DNA from: Phoronis australis
Taxonomy: Eukaryota > Animalia > Phoronida
Direction of reading: 5' to 3'
Assembly: GCA_002633005.1 (NCBI GenBank)
Contig: NMRA01000343.1
Coordinates: forward strand, 335,544-375,379
Length of the DNA: 39,836 bases
Shown here: piece after piece, positions 22,301 to 33,600 of the stretch
Numbering within the stretch: the stretch's first letter is position 1
Layout: each line of letters starts with the position of its first letter
Program-made: the position numbers and the translations under genes
The notes under the pieces: generated by a model
What the model was told of the DNA's origin: nothing
The model's database searches: none
What the model saw: only the letters and a program-made list of their open reading frames with translations

Positions 22301-25030
22301 TGGTAAACGTACTCGAATAACTTTCTTTGAACTCGTGAACGTTCTTTAGTCCGGTGAAAGCAGTGTCGAATTACCCGTTAAGTTTATATAAAAAATACAG
22401 CCTGTCCCTCACACATTAGGGCCACGCTTCGTAGACATGAAAGCTGTCTTGACCCGGGGGAGAGAAAGTTTGGCAAAGGGGGGGGGGGGGGGTAGGGGAT
22501 CTGAACGTTGGGGCGTCCGGGTGAATTATGACCCACAGGGCTCCGTCGAAAGTTGTGTCGACAGGGAGCTTGAAAAATACAACGACCCGAATTAGGAGGG
22601 GCACGGCAGTAAGGAATTGTGTCGAGATCCGGGAGTGAAACATTGTGACGCCTAGGGGCAGCCCAATTTATAAGGGCACCAAACTTTTATAGCTTAGAGA
22701 CAGTGGAAGAAAACAAATAGTGTCCCGCCACCTTACAACCACCCTTAAAATGCTGAAAGCACCTTTGTTTGCGGTAATAACATCAGCAATTTCTTAGAAC
22801 ATGAAAACAAATTGTAATGAATAAATGAAATGAGTACAATTGTACAACTGTAAGCGATTAAATCAAAAATTTGTTTTGATAATACTTGCACAGCGACAAC
22901 AGCCCTGATACAATTTCTGCCTTTAAATCTTGCTGTATCCATTTGCCAGCTGTCAATATTTCTTCTTCAATCTCATGAGAAATATTTGAAAAATTAGGTA
23001 ACAATGTGAAGTGAGAACTTTAACATTTTTTTTTCTCATAAATTTATTATTCAAGGTGACCTTGCCATGTTACTGAAGGCGGGAATGTCCCGGAAGGAGG
23101 CGGTTCTTTACAACTTGTTGGCGGCGCTGGGCGGGTTCATCGGCCTGGCTCTGGGGGTCACCATTGGCGAGGATATCAACGCTTCTCGTTGGGTGTTTGC
23201 AGTGGCCGCAGGGATGTTTTTGTATGTGGGGTTAGTCGATATGGTGAGTTGCCTGCAAGCAATTGAAAATATACGCGCAACCGCATTTTAAGTGCATTGT
23301 GACATGTGTTTACCAGTATTTTTGCAAGGAATTATGGTAATGGTATAGGCCTACGTTCACACGAACCATCTTCAGGTTGGCTTCAGGAAAATATTTGTGG
23401 TAGAAGAAGAGGAAAGAAAATAAATTTAAGAATTTATCCAATGATTTACATTTGTTCAAATCTAAACAGGCTCTGATATATAGTGCAGGGCTTCAGTGGC
23501 AGGTCAGTACAGTACGTATTTTCAGTAGGTCTAGGGTGCACGACTTAGCGGGGAAATCTTAAGACACAAAACTCAGTGCTCATAGATTATGACCATTTCT
23601 TCCCAGTTGAATTGAAAAGTTCTCGGAGTAGCATGGGCGGCGCAGACGCCCCTTGTGTGTAACTAATACCACATTTTTTATGCATCGAGAATATACAGAG
23701 TTGCGGTCCATGCACTACAGTCTATGTTAAACTGAGTAGAAAATGAAGTAGGCTGTATTTAATCCGCTAGGAAAGAAAAAAAATTCAACTGGCCTTGTTC
23801 GATGTGAAGAATTTGTATTTCAAAAACTTTGCTGTGTTCACTGAAAGTTCCTTTTTAATACCGCTTTAAGCAGAGGTTCACCAAGCACAGAGAGATTCAA
23901 TTTTCTTGCAATTCTGTGCCCGGACTTTCACTACCCTGTCTGACTCCAACCTCGTTTTCAAAACTTCGAAATCTGTTAGAACATCGTGACGAATATCCAA
24001 CTTTGACCAAAAACATTCCTTGATGCCATACGGTTATTCAGATCGTACCACTGCAATGGGGATGTACCACGAGGCTAATGAACCAGTGAAGCTTAGGCTT
24101 ATGAGGCCCCCAGGAACGGTTCCCTTGGCTAAAGTGGCGTTGACCGACAGCTGAGGGTCGGGAGACCGGCAAGGATGGTGACCGGTGGGGTGACAGGGGG
24201 CCCTAGACTGGAGGAATTGACAGTACGTTGTTGTTCCTTAGAGTTGCAAGTGATAAGACTGATATTCAGACCCGAGGTCCACCCACACGACAATTATCTT
24301 TCGATCTTATAAGTTTCCCATTTTCAAGATTGGCTTAGAACTCTCTTTAAAGTAGGCTACCTAGCTTGCCAAAGAGACAGGAACACGACGGTCTCATACC
24401 CAAGATAAAACTGCAAATAAAGCATCTACATTTTCAGCCTGACAGGTGTGATTGGACAAATATTATTACAGCACCCGGCCCGTTCACTCGTCCGTGGTAT
24501 GGCGTCGTATACCCTGGCGTGAGCTGACGTGTAAAAATGGCCAGTTTTCGATTTTGGGAAGTCACGGTGAACGAAGGACTGCTCGACGAAAAAGTTTAAT
24601 AACGGGTCGGTAGTATTTGTTCGAGTTGGAAGGAATTAAAGACATCGACGGCCTCCTAGAGTGCCCCTCTATGCGCAAAATGTAGGCCTACTGATAACAA
24701 CGTGACTTCGATATTTTAATCAGTGTGAGGCATAATTCGCCGAAAAGCCTCCGGCGTATGAAGCTCCTGAGCCAGCTAGAGACGGCCGGTGGTCACTGCC
24801 TAGCTCCCCTTGTTTGTGCTAACCCCACATGTCACACATTGCACCTAATAACCTAGTATATCTTCTTTTCTTGTTTTCAGCTTAATGATGTGAATCAGGC
24901 CGTTGAAGAAGATGAAGAGTTCCATAACTCCAAATGTCGTGTGTTATTTCTACAGAATGCTGGAATACTCATTGGCGCAGTCGCCATGTTGTTGCTGGCG
25001 GCGTACAGCGGTAACATTACTTTCACGTAG
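10790..25030 (+). CDS. SLC39A14: LIV-1 subfamily ZIP metal transporter, ZIP8/ZIP14 (SLC39A8/14)-like; spliced gene, 10 coding exons, 442 aa
   Basis: Exons 10790-11017, 12758-12914, 15809-15826, 18783-18952, 20004-20135, 20402-20431, 21408-21443, 21957-22176, 23056-23243, 24881-25030 join in frame (1329 nt, all GT-AG). Signal peptide, PAL-like motif (FPAIVY..C), VWGFG TM1, LAVGTL TM2, YVWKSAVV TM3, VAWMI-GD TM4, EEFPHxLGD TM5 (EE rather than HE = ZIP8/14 type), AGMFLYV-DM TM7, LQNAG TM8. The symbol denotes the ZIP8/14 clade, not strict orthology. Confidence 0.9.
12114..12526. mobile_element. PIF/Harbinger (Tourist-like) MITE in ZIP intron 1
   Basis: TIR AGTGCCGTTTA / TAAACGGGACT, TTA TSD on both sides, internal GACACGG/CCGTGT repeats. 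Confidence 0.8.
12758..12914 (+). CDS. SLC39A14: ZIP exon 2: ectodomain PAL-like region
   Basis: tttacttccag|TGC...GCAG|gtaag; open frame CISRKAP...GFPAIVYKSFREC; phase 0 to 1 fits neighbours. Confidence 0.75.
13921..14612. repeat. Diverged direct duplication (~170-bp core, ~520-bp spacing)
   Basis: 13921-14095 resembles 14441-14612 (CACTTGGACTAGACAAA...ATAGTTAAATAGTA). Confidence 0.8.
15078..15434. mobile_element. Nested hAT-like MITEs: outer CATGGGCG-type, inner CAGGG-type (15108-15339)
   Basis: Outer TIR CATGGGCGCCGC/GCGCCGCCCATG with degenerate TSD ACGTGACT/GAGTGACT; inner CAGGGCGTATTTAGG/CCTGGATCCGTCCCTG flanked by GGCTCAGTG/GGCTGGGTG. Confidence 0.7.
15809..15826 (+). CDS. SLC39A14: ZIP exon 3: 18-nt micro-exon (A)LNKGE(V)
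   Basis: Long pyrimidine tract then ttttcag|CACTCAACAAAGGCGAAG|gtgcgt; phase 1-1; restores the E-V-W-G-x-G motif before TM1. Confidence 0.65.
15930..17470 (+). mobile_element. Older, degenerate copy of the same HINE-like family with many tandem units
   Basis: CCGTCATC..GTCCGTC head; repeated GAAATTTGG, GATCCGACTAC and CCACCT/CCATCT..TGG motifs matching 5428-5804. Confidence 0.65.
16798..17176. mobile_element. Inverted-repeat element inserted in the HINE array
   Basis: ~48-bp arms TGCTGTGCGTGAA...CTTAATCTCAAGAT.GCGTATGC and their reverse complement at 17129-17176. Confidence 0.75.
18005..18395. repeat. Inverted pair of ~19-20-bp minisatellite arrays (TATGTCCATTTTG...), probable TIR-element remnant
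   Basis: Forward array 18005-18145; reverse-complement array (AAAATGGACATA) 18245-18395. Confidence 0.75.
18783..18952 (+). CDS. SLC39A14: ZIP exon 4: TM1-TM2
   Basis: VWGFGFLFMTLVNLSSITG...FLISLAVGTLAGCALLFLIPD; acag| acceptor, |gtacgt donor. Confidence 0.92.
19286..19895. repeat. (CAT)n microsatellite and degenerate (CAC/CAT/GAC)n low-complexity tract in ZIP intron 4
   Basis: Near-pure CAT run 19286-19394; CAC-rich 19540-19895. Confidence 0.95.
20004..20135 (+). CDS. SLC39A14: ZIP exon 5: TM3
   Basis: SFAITELDVKQDYVWKSAVVMAGIYVFFNVERLLR; cgcag| and |gtgaa. Confidence 0.92.
20402..20431 (+). CDS. SLC39A14: ZIP exon 6: 30-nt micro-exon NKDGNDEDEK (cytosolic loop)
   Basis: ttattacag|...AAG|gtaggc, phase 0-0, purine-rich. 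Confidence 0.65.
20584..20713 (+). repeat. Recent 130-bp copy of 18061-18190
   Basis: Three mismatches over 130 bp by eye. Confidence 0.9.
21408..21443 (+). CDS. SLC39A14: ZIP exon 7: 36-nt micro-exon IDGLLVDNAKNE (cytosolic loop)
   Basis: Strong T-rich tract ttttag|...GAG|gtaaga, phase 0-0. Confidence 0.65.
21957..22176 (+). CDS. SLC39A14: ZIP exon 8: TM4-TM5 transport site
   Basis: IKPVAWMIITGDTLHRCVDGMSVGAAF...AIMLEEFPHGL(G); donor G|gtaag. The 5' boundary (ttttgaag) is less certain. Confidence 0.9.
23056..23243 (+). CDS. SLC39A14: ZIP exon 9: TM5 end to TM7
   Basis: (G)DLAMLLKAGMSRKEAVLYNLLAA...WVFAVAAGMFLYVGLVDM; |gtgag donor. Confidence 0.93.
24529..24770. mobile_element. Single-arm copy of the foldback element at 3393-4463
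   Basis: GTAAAAATG.CCAGTT...CCTCTATGCGCAAAA...AATCAGTGTGAGG matches 4200-4410. Confidence 0.8.
24881..25030 (+). CDS. SLC39A14: ZIP exon 10: TM8 and stop
   Basis: ttgttttcag|LNDVNQ...LFLQNAGILIGAVAMLLLAAYSGNITFT-TAG. Confidence 0.9.
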   Translation, partial: LNDVNQAVEEDEEFHNSKCRVLFLQNAGILIGAVAMLLLAAYSGNITFT

Positions 25031-27503
25031 ACGTTTGGTCTATCCCGCAATAATGGCAAGGAACTTTGAATCTACAGCTCTTGTATTAAATTCCTCCATT
25101 AAAACCACCAGTCTACGACACGTAGGTTGATATGTGCCTTTGAGCCAGGGCTGAACATTGAAATATCGATGTGAGGACATAGGCGCTTGCGGGTGACGTG
25201 CAAGAAACAAACGTCTCAGTTCACACATCCAGGCGTGGGAATCGTGACACCTTTAAATGAAATATGGGGACAAAACGAAGGCTAAGAAAGGTTGTTATTT
25301 ACGGTCGTCAGGAAGAAAGCTTCAACAATTTTGCACGCTGTGAACTTTGTGCTCCCTTGAGCCATTGTCTCAAAAACAATTAGGGTGCGTTTATTAGGCT
25401 TTCATTAGGCTGCAAGACAATAGGCAGCATATACCGCGATAGGCTTATAAGATCTTACTTTTTTCGCAAGAAATTACACATCACCCTCCAATTCCGGATA
25501 AACTGTATTCTCTCACTTTTACTTTACGACTGATTTTTAATCCCCGTGGTAGATAACCATTTGACTTAAGCAATGATACCAGAATTGAGTAATAAAGGTT
25601 AACTTTGATAGCGAATCAGCGTCTACCTCAGCCAACCAGAAGTAACGATGACTCTTATCGTCGGCCAGGATTGAAATGACACGACTGCCAATTGCCAACA
25701 GTTTTACTACATTCTTATAAAGAAGCACCATGACCAGTTGTTGGTCAGGAGAATATTCAGTGAAGTAACAATTCACGTATAGTTAAGCATTTACATGTTT
25801 TATCCTACATTCCGCCCAAGAAATGAGGTTTTGATTTAGACAACTTCCCGATATAAACTTGGTCTCAAATTGTTCGTCTTTGGATGAGAACTGATTTCTG
25901 GGTTTACAAAGTAATATCACAGATCGCCATGCTCAACGTAGCCGGCACAAGCGCGTGAAGCAGCCAGTTCAATTTCTTGACATAATATTATGGCCATCAC
26001 GACAAATAACATGTCATATTTATTTCCATTTTTTACTCCGTTCGATAGCAGACTTTCATTAACACAAGCTTGACTGGTAACACGACAGTCGTTCGACAGC
26101 CTGATAGGCACTCGCTCATACTTTCTGCACTGTTTCCGATCTTCCGGTGTACAAAAAATATAAGCAAGTGCATGTCAAGCTGTCCAACACTATAAAGTAG
26201 ATCTACAGTCGTGTTTTCAGTCATATTTTATACTTCCTGAATATTAGTTTAATTGAACTTTTAACCAAGTCACGCTCTTTCAACACGCAACCAAATAAAC
26301 AGGAATGAAAAGCCCTTTGTAAATTTCTGGTGCTGGATCCACCAAAAAAATGTTAAGCAGCATTAAACTCAGTTCACTTTTTGAATTGCCAGTAAAACAA
26401 AAGCACATTGAGGACTGTAATTTAAGACTTCCCTGCTCATTTTTATTGACTGAAAGTGAAATAGTATTGAATATTCTTTTTGTCATAACGAGCACTGGTG
26501 ACGCTGTCAGATTGCAGCTTTGTATATGATTGATGGTAGAAGAAAATATTGAAAAATCTCACAATAAAAGCCTCAACCGTTTTTCATATTAAGTTAATTT
26601 TGGACTTTCTAATCAACATTTTACTTTGGCTACTATCAATACTTTTGTAAGGTTATGAAATTCGAGGCGCTGACTAAATAACCAGTGGTTTCTTTATTTG
26701 CATTTCACACGATTTCCTCTTCGGCCTGGCCACTGGGTACAGAGTGTATCCCCCATCATGGATCAGTAGCAGCTATGGTGGCTTACCCCCTAAGTGAAAC
26801 ACTTTTTTCGAGAATGTCCATTTTGAAATCCCCAAAACCTATGGCTGAACATTTTGTGCAAGGACGTCTGGTGGGCGTTCACCAAGGCAGGGTTATGGAA
26901 GCAGACTGTCGAGGTTCAGTAAATTCCACCAAATATCGAAAGGAGGAAAATGAACCATTTGCTCTTGAAATTGAATGCACCAGCGCCAGACGTTGCTTCT
27001 CAGTGGTCAGCGCCATCTGTCGTCTGCCTTTTTGAACTGGTATCACTGTTGTACTAGGCCACATTAATCATTCATGTTTCGTCTTCAGTTGTTCCCTCTG
27101 AATTAACTTTTTCCTTCTGGCACAGAACAAAGGAATGAATGTACACAGAGGTACAATTTGTCGATGAAAACGAGATCAAGTGACATATTATATTATAAAT
27201 ATCATGAATTGTAAATACAAAATGTTAATAAGATTTTACAACCACCGGTCTTTTCACATAGGTCACACAGAGATCAATCCAATAATCTTACAGCACAAGA
27301 CTAGCAGTTATCACAAAGTGACCGGTGTCAATCCAAACATGCACATTAGGTTGATCCATGCCTCACAATTAGTAGTCAATAACTACAGGACAGAAATGAA
27401 ATACAAGTATTACACAGGATTGTCTCTCCTTGAACAATTAGAAAACTTGAATGTTAACACCTCTTCTACTTTTCTGAATCTCTTCACAAGACAACAGTGT
27501 CAC

Positions 27504-27683
27504 CTAACCACTGCACATGACACAAGCTTCTTTATTCTCAATGGAACAGGCAATTGCAGCCTCATTTTCAGCCTTTTCTTGTTCAGCAGTCTTTTTTGTA
27601 GCCAACTTCTGTTTGTCAACGGTGAACTGTATGGCCTGCGCCGCTGGCTTTGTACGCAGATAGTACATACCGGTCTTCAAACC
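27504..27683 (-). CDS. RRM1: RRM1 exon 16 (terminal)
   Basis: [22 protein letters not shown]...[18 protein letters not shown]. Confidence 0.98.
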   Translation of the reverse strand, partial: GLKTGMYYLRTKPAAQAIQFTVDKQKLATKKTAEQEKAENEAAIACSIENKEACVMCSG

Positions 27684-30600
27684 CTGCAGAAAATGTTGAT
27701 TGTCAGTTAGAGATGAGCACAATTTTACAGACAAGGAAACACTTGGGTAAACTTGACCCAAGCCTTGTGTTGCCGTTTTTAACATTCAGTTGTAAGTATG
27801 AACTAAATTTCTGGCATAATATCTATTGATATGCCACTCAAGCTTTTAAGCATCAAGCTTACGATTATAAGCTTGATCTACAGGGCTTAAAGCTCAATCA
27901 CAGTAGCTTTAAAAAGCTACTATGAGCCCACCTTCTGACAAAAAATCTAACTTTTGATTTAATAAACTTAGCTGTAAAATCGATGTCTAGTTGTTCTCCA
28001 TACTATAAGATGCAACTCACGAGTCTCAACATGCTGGTCACGTCATAACACAATACATGGCCACAAGCGAAAATGAACTTGTCAGCTCTTCCTAATCAAG
28101 CACACAAATCAAATCAAATCAGACAAAGGAACAGCAATAAGTGGTCTAAATCAAGAGATAGTTTTTAGAAGACAGGTTTGTAGCAGCTTAGAGGTTGGTA
28201 ATTGTAGTTACCACCTGAGTCCCCACTCCCCACACCATTTTAGTTACCACCAGAGTGCCCCCCCACAATTGTAGACACCATCAGAGCCCCCCATAATTGT
28301 AGTTACCACCAGAGTCCCCCCACCATTTTAATTACTACCAGATTCCCCCCACAATTTTAGTTACCACCAAAGTGCCCCACAATTATTGATACATCGGGAG
28401 TCCCCCATAATGGTAGTTACCACCGGAGTCCCCCCATAATAAGACATGTTCAACAGGGAGGAAAATTCCCCAGGTGATGTATAGCTCCACAAGTAGGCTT
28501 GTGTGATACATTTTTTTGTCATTAAAGTGTAAAATAATGTTGTGCTTGGCACAACGGATTTCTTTGTGTGGACACGGATATTCCAACATGTTCATGAATG
28601 TTGCAATTCCCGTTACTTTGAATTTTATATAGCGGAAGACTCCACATATGGACCTACCAGTTTCCAGGCGAAGAAATGCATACTACTCATCTTGCCAAAG
28701 TTGGGCTGGGCGATATGGATGTTGAGTGACTGGCTCTGGTCAATGTATGCACCTCGGTCAGCGGCCATTTGCAATATGACCTTCTGGGAAATCTCCCACA
28801 CTGTCTTGTACAGAGCCTTGAGATCATCTGGAATCTCTGGGATACCCTGAAATAGGTGAGTTTAAAATTTAGAGAAAGAAACTAATAACGAATTTGAATA
28901 AAATACGAATCAGAAATAAAACCAAAGTAGTAAGTAAAATAAATAGGCAGGTCACCTGGTACCTTCTGTGGTGTAGAGTTAGGTTTGACAGCTCCCTCAT
29001 CCGGAACAATCAAAACGAGGTCAAACTTCCAGCGTAAGAGTTGAGTTAGATTTTTGAGGCACACGCCATAGAATAATGATGATGTTAAATCTCAACAGCC
29101 AAACACAAATTACAAATCAGAACACTGTCAACAAGACATCTGTGATGTCACCGAACGAATTTGAAAAGTGACAGTGCGCTGAAGATGAAATACCCTATAT
29201 TTACTGTGCAATGCCAAAGCTTCATTAGTATTAGAATGACTAATATTAGAATAATTTTGATGTATGGTAAGCACATAAATAATAGACAATATAGGGACAG
29301 TGGCTCTCAAGATGCAAAGCATTTTTGATAAGCATCGCAGACTCGAGGTACACGGTGCAGATTCCCTAATTTGGGATAGTCACTAAACTTTGGGACAAGA
29401 ATACTCGAGAAAAAATTGAAGGTTTTTGATGCTGAAAATTGGGATATGGTGGTGTTTGGCGTTCATCGCATTCCTCAATTTTCGGACACCGCAGTTTTGT
29501 ATTAACAGTTCATCAAATCGACATAAATAGCTGACAAGTGACAACTTTAACTTTTGGTGCTTCCTCACAGTGTGTAACACCAAGGTTCATGAACTTTTGT
29601 TACTGCCTGTAATTTTTTATTTGGGATGACCAATATTACCTATTTCTAAAATTTGGTACAAGTTCCGACATTCAGCCAATCACTGTCCCAAACTGGAGAA
29701 TTTTTACCGTGATTCTAAATGCGGCCATCGATACTTCAAAACTGTACAAAAATGATGTAAACCTACCTGGATGGATCCGTTGTGAGCGATCAAGAGATTC
29801 TTCATGTCCTTGTTCCATATACCTCGCTCAGTCAGATCCTTCAGCAGGTGGTGGTTCACAATCTGAGGCAGACGGAGTTAGCTCAGACATGGGTGAAACA
29901 AAACAACCTTGTTATCGCTATACAATGCCAGAAATTGTTGAGGAAGTCACATGTCCAAGGTCCCAACAGAATTAGCTCACGAGTTCAAGACAATGTGGAG
30001 ACTAAAATCAACAAACAACAATGAGGTGCAGCTGAGGCTGCACTCCAAATCTCGCATAAAATCACACAAATGTGCAAGAGACTACGATCCTGTAACCTCG
30101 CAGCTGCTCTAGAGAGCAGTACTGAGTGGGATTGAATGCTCAAGATCATCACGATTATGATTGAAGATGGCGACTTATTAAGAAACAGCAGTGCACAGTA
30201 GATGGTAAACTAATAAGAATTCAACAACACCCAGTCTATTAAGAGCAGTCATCAGTAATTCTCGAATAACTCAAGCAGAAAACCTTCAACAAAGATTGAC
30301 AAATTGCATTCACAACTTTGACTATGAACAGCTTCGGTAATGTAAAGATGAACATACTAGTAATAACAATTACCTGGAATTCTCCAGAGAGAACTCTGCG
30401 ACTGTAGATGTTACTTGTGTATGGTTCGATGGCCTCGTTGTTGCCAAGAATCTGGGCGGTGGAGGCAGTAGGCATGGGCGCCAAAAGGAGGCTGTTGCGA
30501 ACACCGTATCTGAAAAACGAAGGTGGAATAGAAATCAAAACAAGCAATACTTTCAAAATACCATATGAGAAATAAATGTGTGGACATATGTTGTCTTGTT

Positions 30601-33600
30601 GCGTACTTTTAACTTCATATCAAACTCCTGAAAGCTTTCACATTTATCCAGATTCATTTGATACTAAATTGGGATGCAAGAAATCTCAATATTCAATGTC
30701 ATTTCATTTTCCAGGAGTTTTCCAAGGATCTTGATCCATGTAACTATGTAAACTATTGTTATCATTTCCTGGAGTTGCATGGCAAGAGCGAACCCTTACT
30801 TGGCAATATCCTTCCTCAGTCCTTCCCAGTCCAGAAGACCATTGATGCCCGACGGTTTGACGTCCCACATGTCACACTGAAGGATCTAATAAGAACATCA
30901 GACTGCATTAGAACGATACAGATACTAATGCTTACAAGAGATCCTAAAAAATAAAACAAATCTATGCACCTAGTCACCTGCGGCACAAGTATGACATTAA
31001 TAAAGCTCTTCCAAAACATTCACTGAATATGCCACGTACTCCAAATATACAAGTGAAAACAAAACATTTGGTCATGACTTCAAAACAGTGTAAATATGTA
31101 ACGGGTGATCAATAACAGCAGGGCAAAGCATTGATTACTGAAATAAAATTGACTGATAAAAAGTTTCAGAAAGAAATTTACAAACTACCGACAACATCCA
31201 ATACTTAGTAAACTACTTGAGTCAACATAACACTTTTGGTGTTTTTGAAGTTTACTTTGTAAACAGCAACACTCAAAATTAGATTTTCCAGACAAAAAAC
31301 AAGAACTGAATGTGTTATTTAACAACGCATGTGTATCGTGTCAGATTAGGTGTGACTTTACAGTACTTCCGATGTTTTGAGGACAGGACAGTTGATACTT
31401 ACCCCTTGACTGACGGGTGACCCCTCATAAGATGGGTATGGGCCATCCCTCTGAGCTAGTTCACAACTGGCCTTCAGTGCACCAAAGTAGATGGCTTCGA
31501 ATATCTGTTTATTGAGAGCCTGCGCCTCGGGACTGTCGAAGGGATATCGCATGAGGATGAAGGCGTCAGCCAATCCCTGTACTCCAATGCCAATTGGACG
31601 GTGTCTCATATTGGATCTCTCGGCCTAAAAGAACCAAAGATAGGATTTAAAGGATTTACTCATTCTGTGCCTTCACAAACACTTTGATAAGATTTACATA
31701 TCGTTTGGATTTAATTAACACACAAAACAATCAAGCTATTGCTCCAGTTAGAGCTATGACTTACTGGCTTGGGTTCCAAGACTGGTTTATGTCAAACTAA
31801 TATTCAAGGCTTAGAATGTACAGTGACAATAAAGAGGACAATTTTCCAGGTGATGTACCGTTCCAAAAATAAATAGGTTTGTGTGATAGAAATATTTTTT
31901 GTGTTGTAAAAGTCAATGAAAAATAGACAACAAAAGAGAAACTGGAAATCAAATAAGAAATCAAAACCAAAAAAGGGGAGTTCCCACCATGAACCCGAGC
32001 CTGTGTCTCAAAAGAATTTTCTTAACACATCTTAAGGGATTTAATAGCCTTTAGCATACCTTTTGCTAAGAAACAAGCCAAAAAGTATTTTTCAGGAATT
32101 AGTCGAAAAACATCGATAAGACAAGCTGAGTTACAACATAACGTTGCCTTTTTAGTGAAACAAGATTTGAAATTTTAAAAAAAGTTTTGGTGTGTATCGA
32201 CCAATATCTTGCAATTAAAATTAAAGACTATGAAAACATTGGAAATCATACAAGTTTTCACTTGCAAAGTACGGATTTTTAACATGAAGGTTACAGAATA
32301 TGTCCTTAATTGATTAGCAGCCTTATAATAGTCGTCAATGCCTCCTTTCTATTAGGAATAGAACAATTTTCTCTAATGTAAGATAACATAATATGCAAAT
32401 TTCAAATGCTCAAAGCAATGTATTTTTCATGCAGAAACCGGCTAAAAACTGACATCATAAGTTCACTCACCTCAGGAATAGGGTAGTAATTGATGTCTAT
32501 GATACGGTTCAGGTTCTTTGTCACCACACCAGTAACCTCTACCAGTTTCTCAAAGTCAAACGTCTTGTCTTTCTTGACGTACATGTTGAGAGCAATGGAG
32601 GCCAAGTTGCAAACAGCCACCTAAGAACAAAAAAAAAAACAGAAATGAAAACATACTCTAATGCACACAAACATATTTTTCAAACATGTCAAACCAGAGA
32701 AATTTAAAGACCATTCATTCATTTAAAGCTGCGTTTTCCAAGTTTTCATGTACTGTCAAGTTGTGTTACAACCGGCCCTCCTTGAATATCTCTAAACCAT
32801 TCATTGTAACTGAAATCTTGTGTAATTAAATCAAACCGTATACAGCACAATTACCCTCGACACTGGAAAGTAACAGTGTGAGTCAGGAAATGTTATACCA
32901 GGTACATGTAAGTTGTAACAGGTCTCGACCGTACTGCCTAAATGTGAAATCGAAGAAGTTTGTAGCCTGTTACAGTGAACTTGACATTTCCTAACAACTG
33001 ATGTTTAGAGAAAACAGGATGAATTGATGACATCATGATAAAGCTGACCAGTCCTACAATTTGCTGAAGCAATTTTGGACTAATCTGTCCTGTTGCAAAA
33101 TGTTCTCTGTGTTCTTCATGACAATGGTAAAGAGAATTAGCAAACCCACTATATTTTGAGAAAGCCATGTCCACACATGGTTAGCATTCCTACCGAATTT
33201 TCACTTTCTACAACTTTTCTCCGAAGTAATTTTAAACTTCCACGAATTACGTTCAGTAAACAGTACTCTTACTGGATTTGTTTTCTGCTGGAACTCTGTC
33301 AAGCATAACGGTATGACTCGGAAAAGAACAGGTCATGCGTTTTTCCACAATTTCACCTTTTTACCATGCGAGTGAAACGTCTGTCATTTTCCTGGCATAC
33401 TATAACAAGCAGGAGCCAAGCCTGACACAAAAACATCCCACCACTAGATGGCGCCTCACCTCATCCTTGCTTGTGTACTCCACAATCTCTGTGCAGAGGT
33501 TGCTACACTTGATGGTGCCAAGGTTCTTCTGATTGCTCTTCCTATTGCAGCTGTCTTTGTACAGCATGTAAGGGGTGCCCGTCTCAGTCTGTGCCTGAAT

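Noticed and set aside
28204-28440. Regularly spaced repeats resembling a CRISPR array
   Set aside because: Head-to-tail minisatellite without unique spacers, in a eukaryotic intron, with no cas genes.
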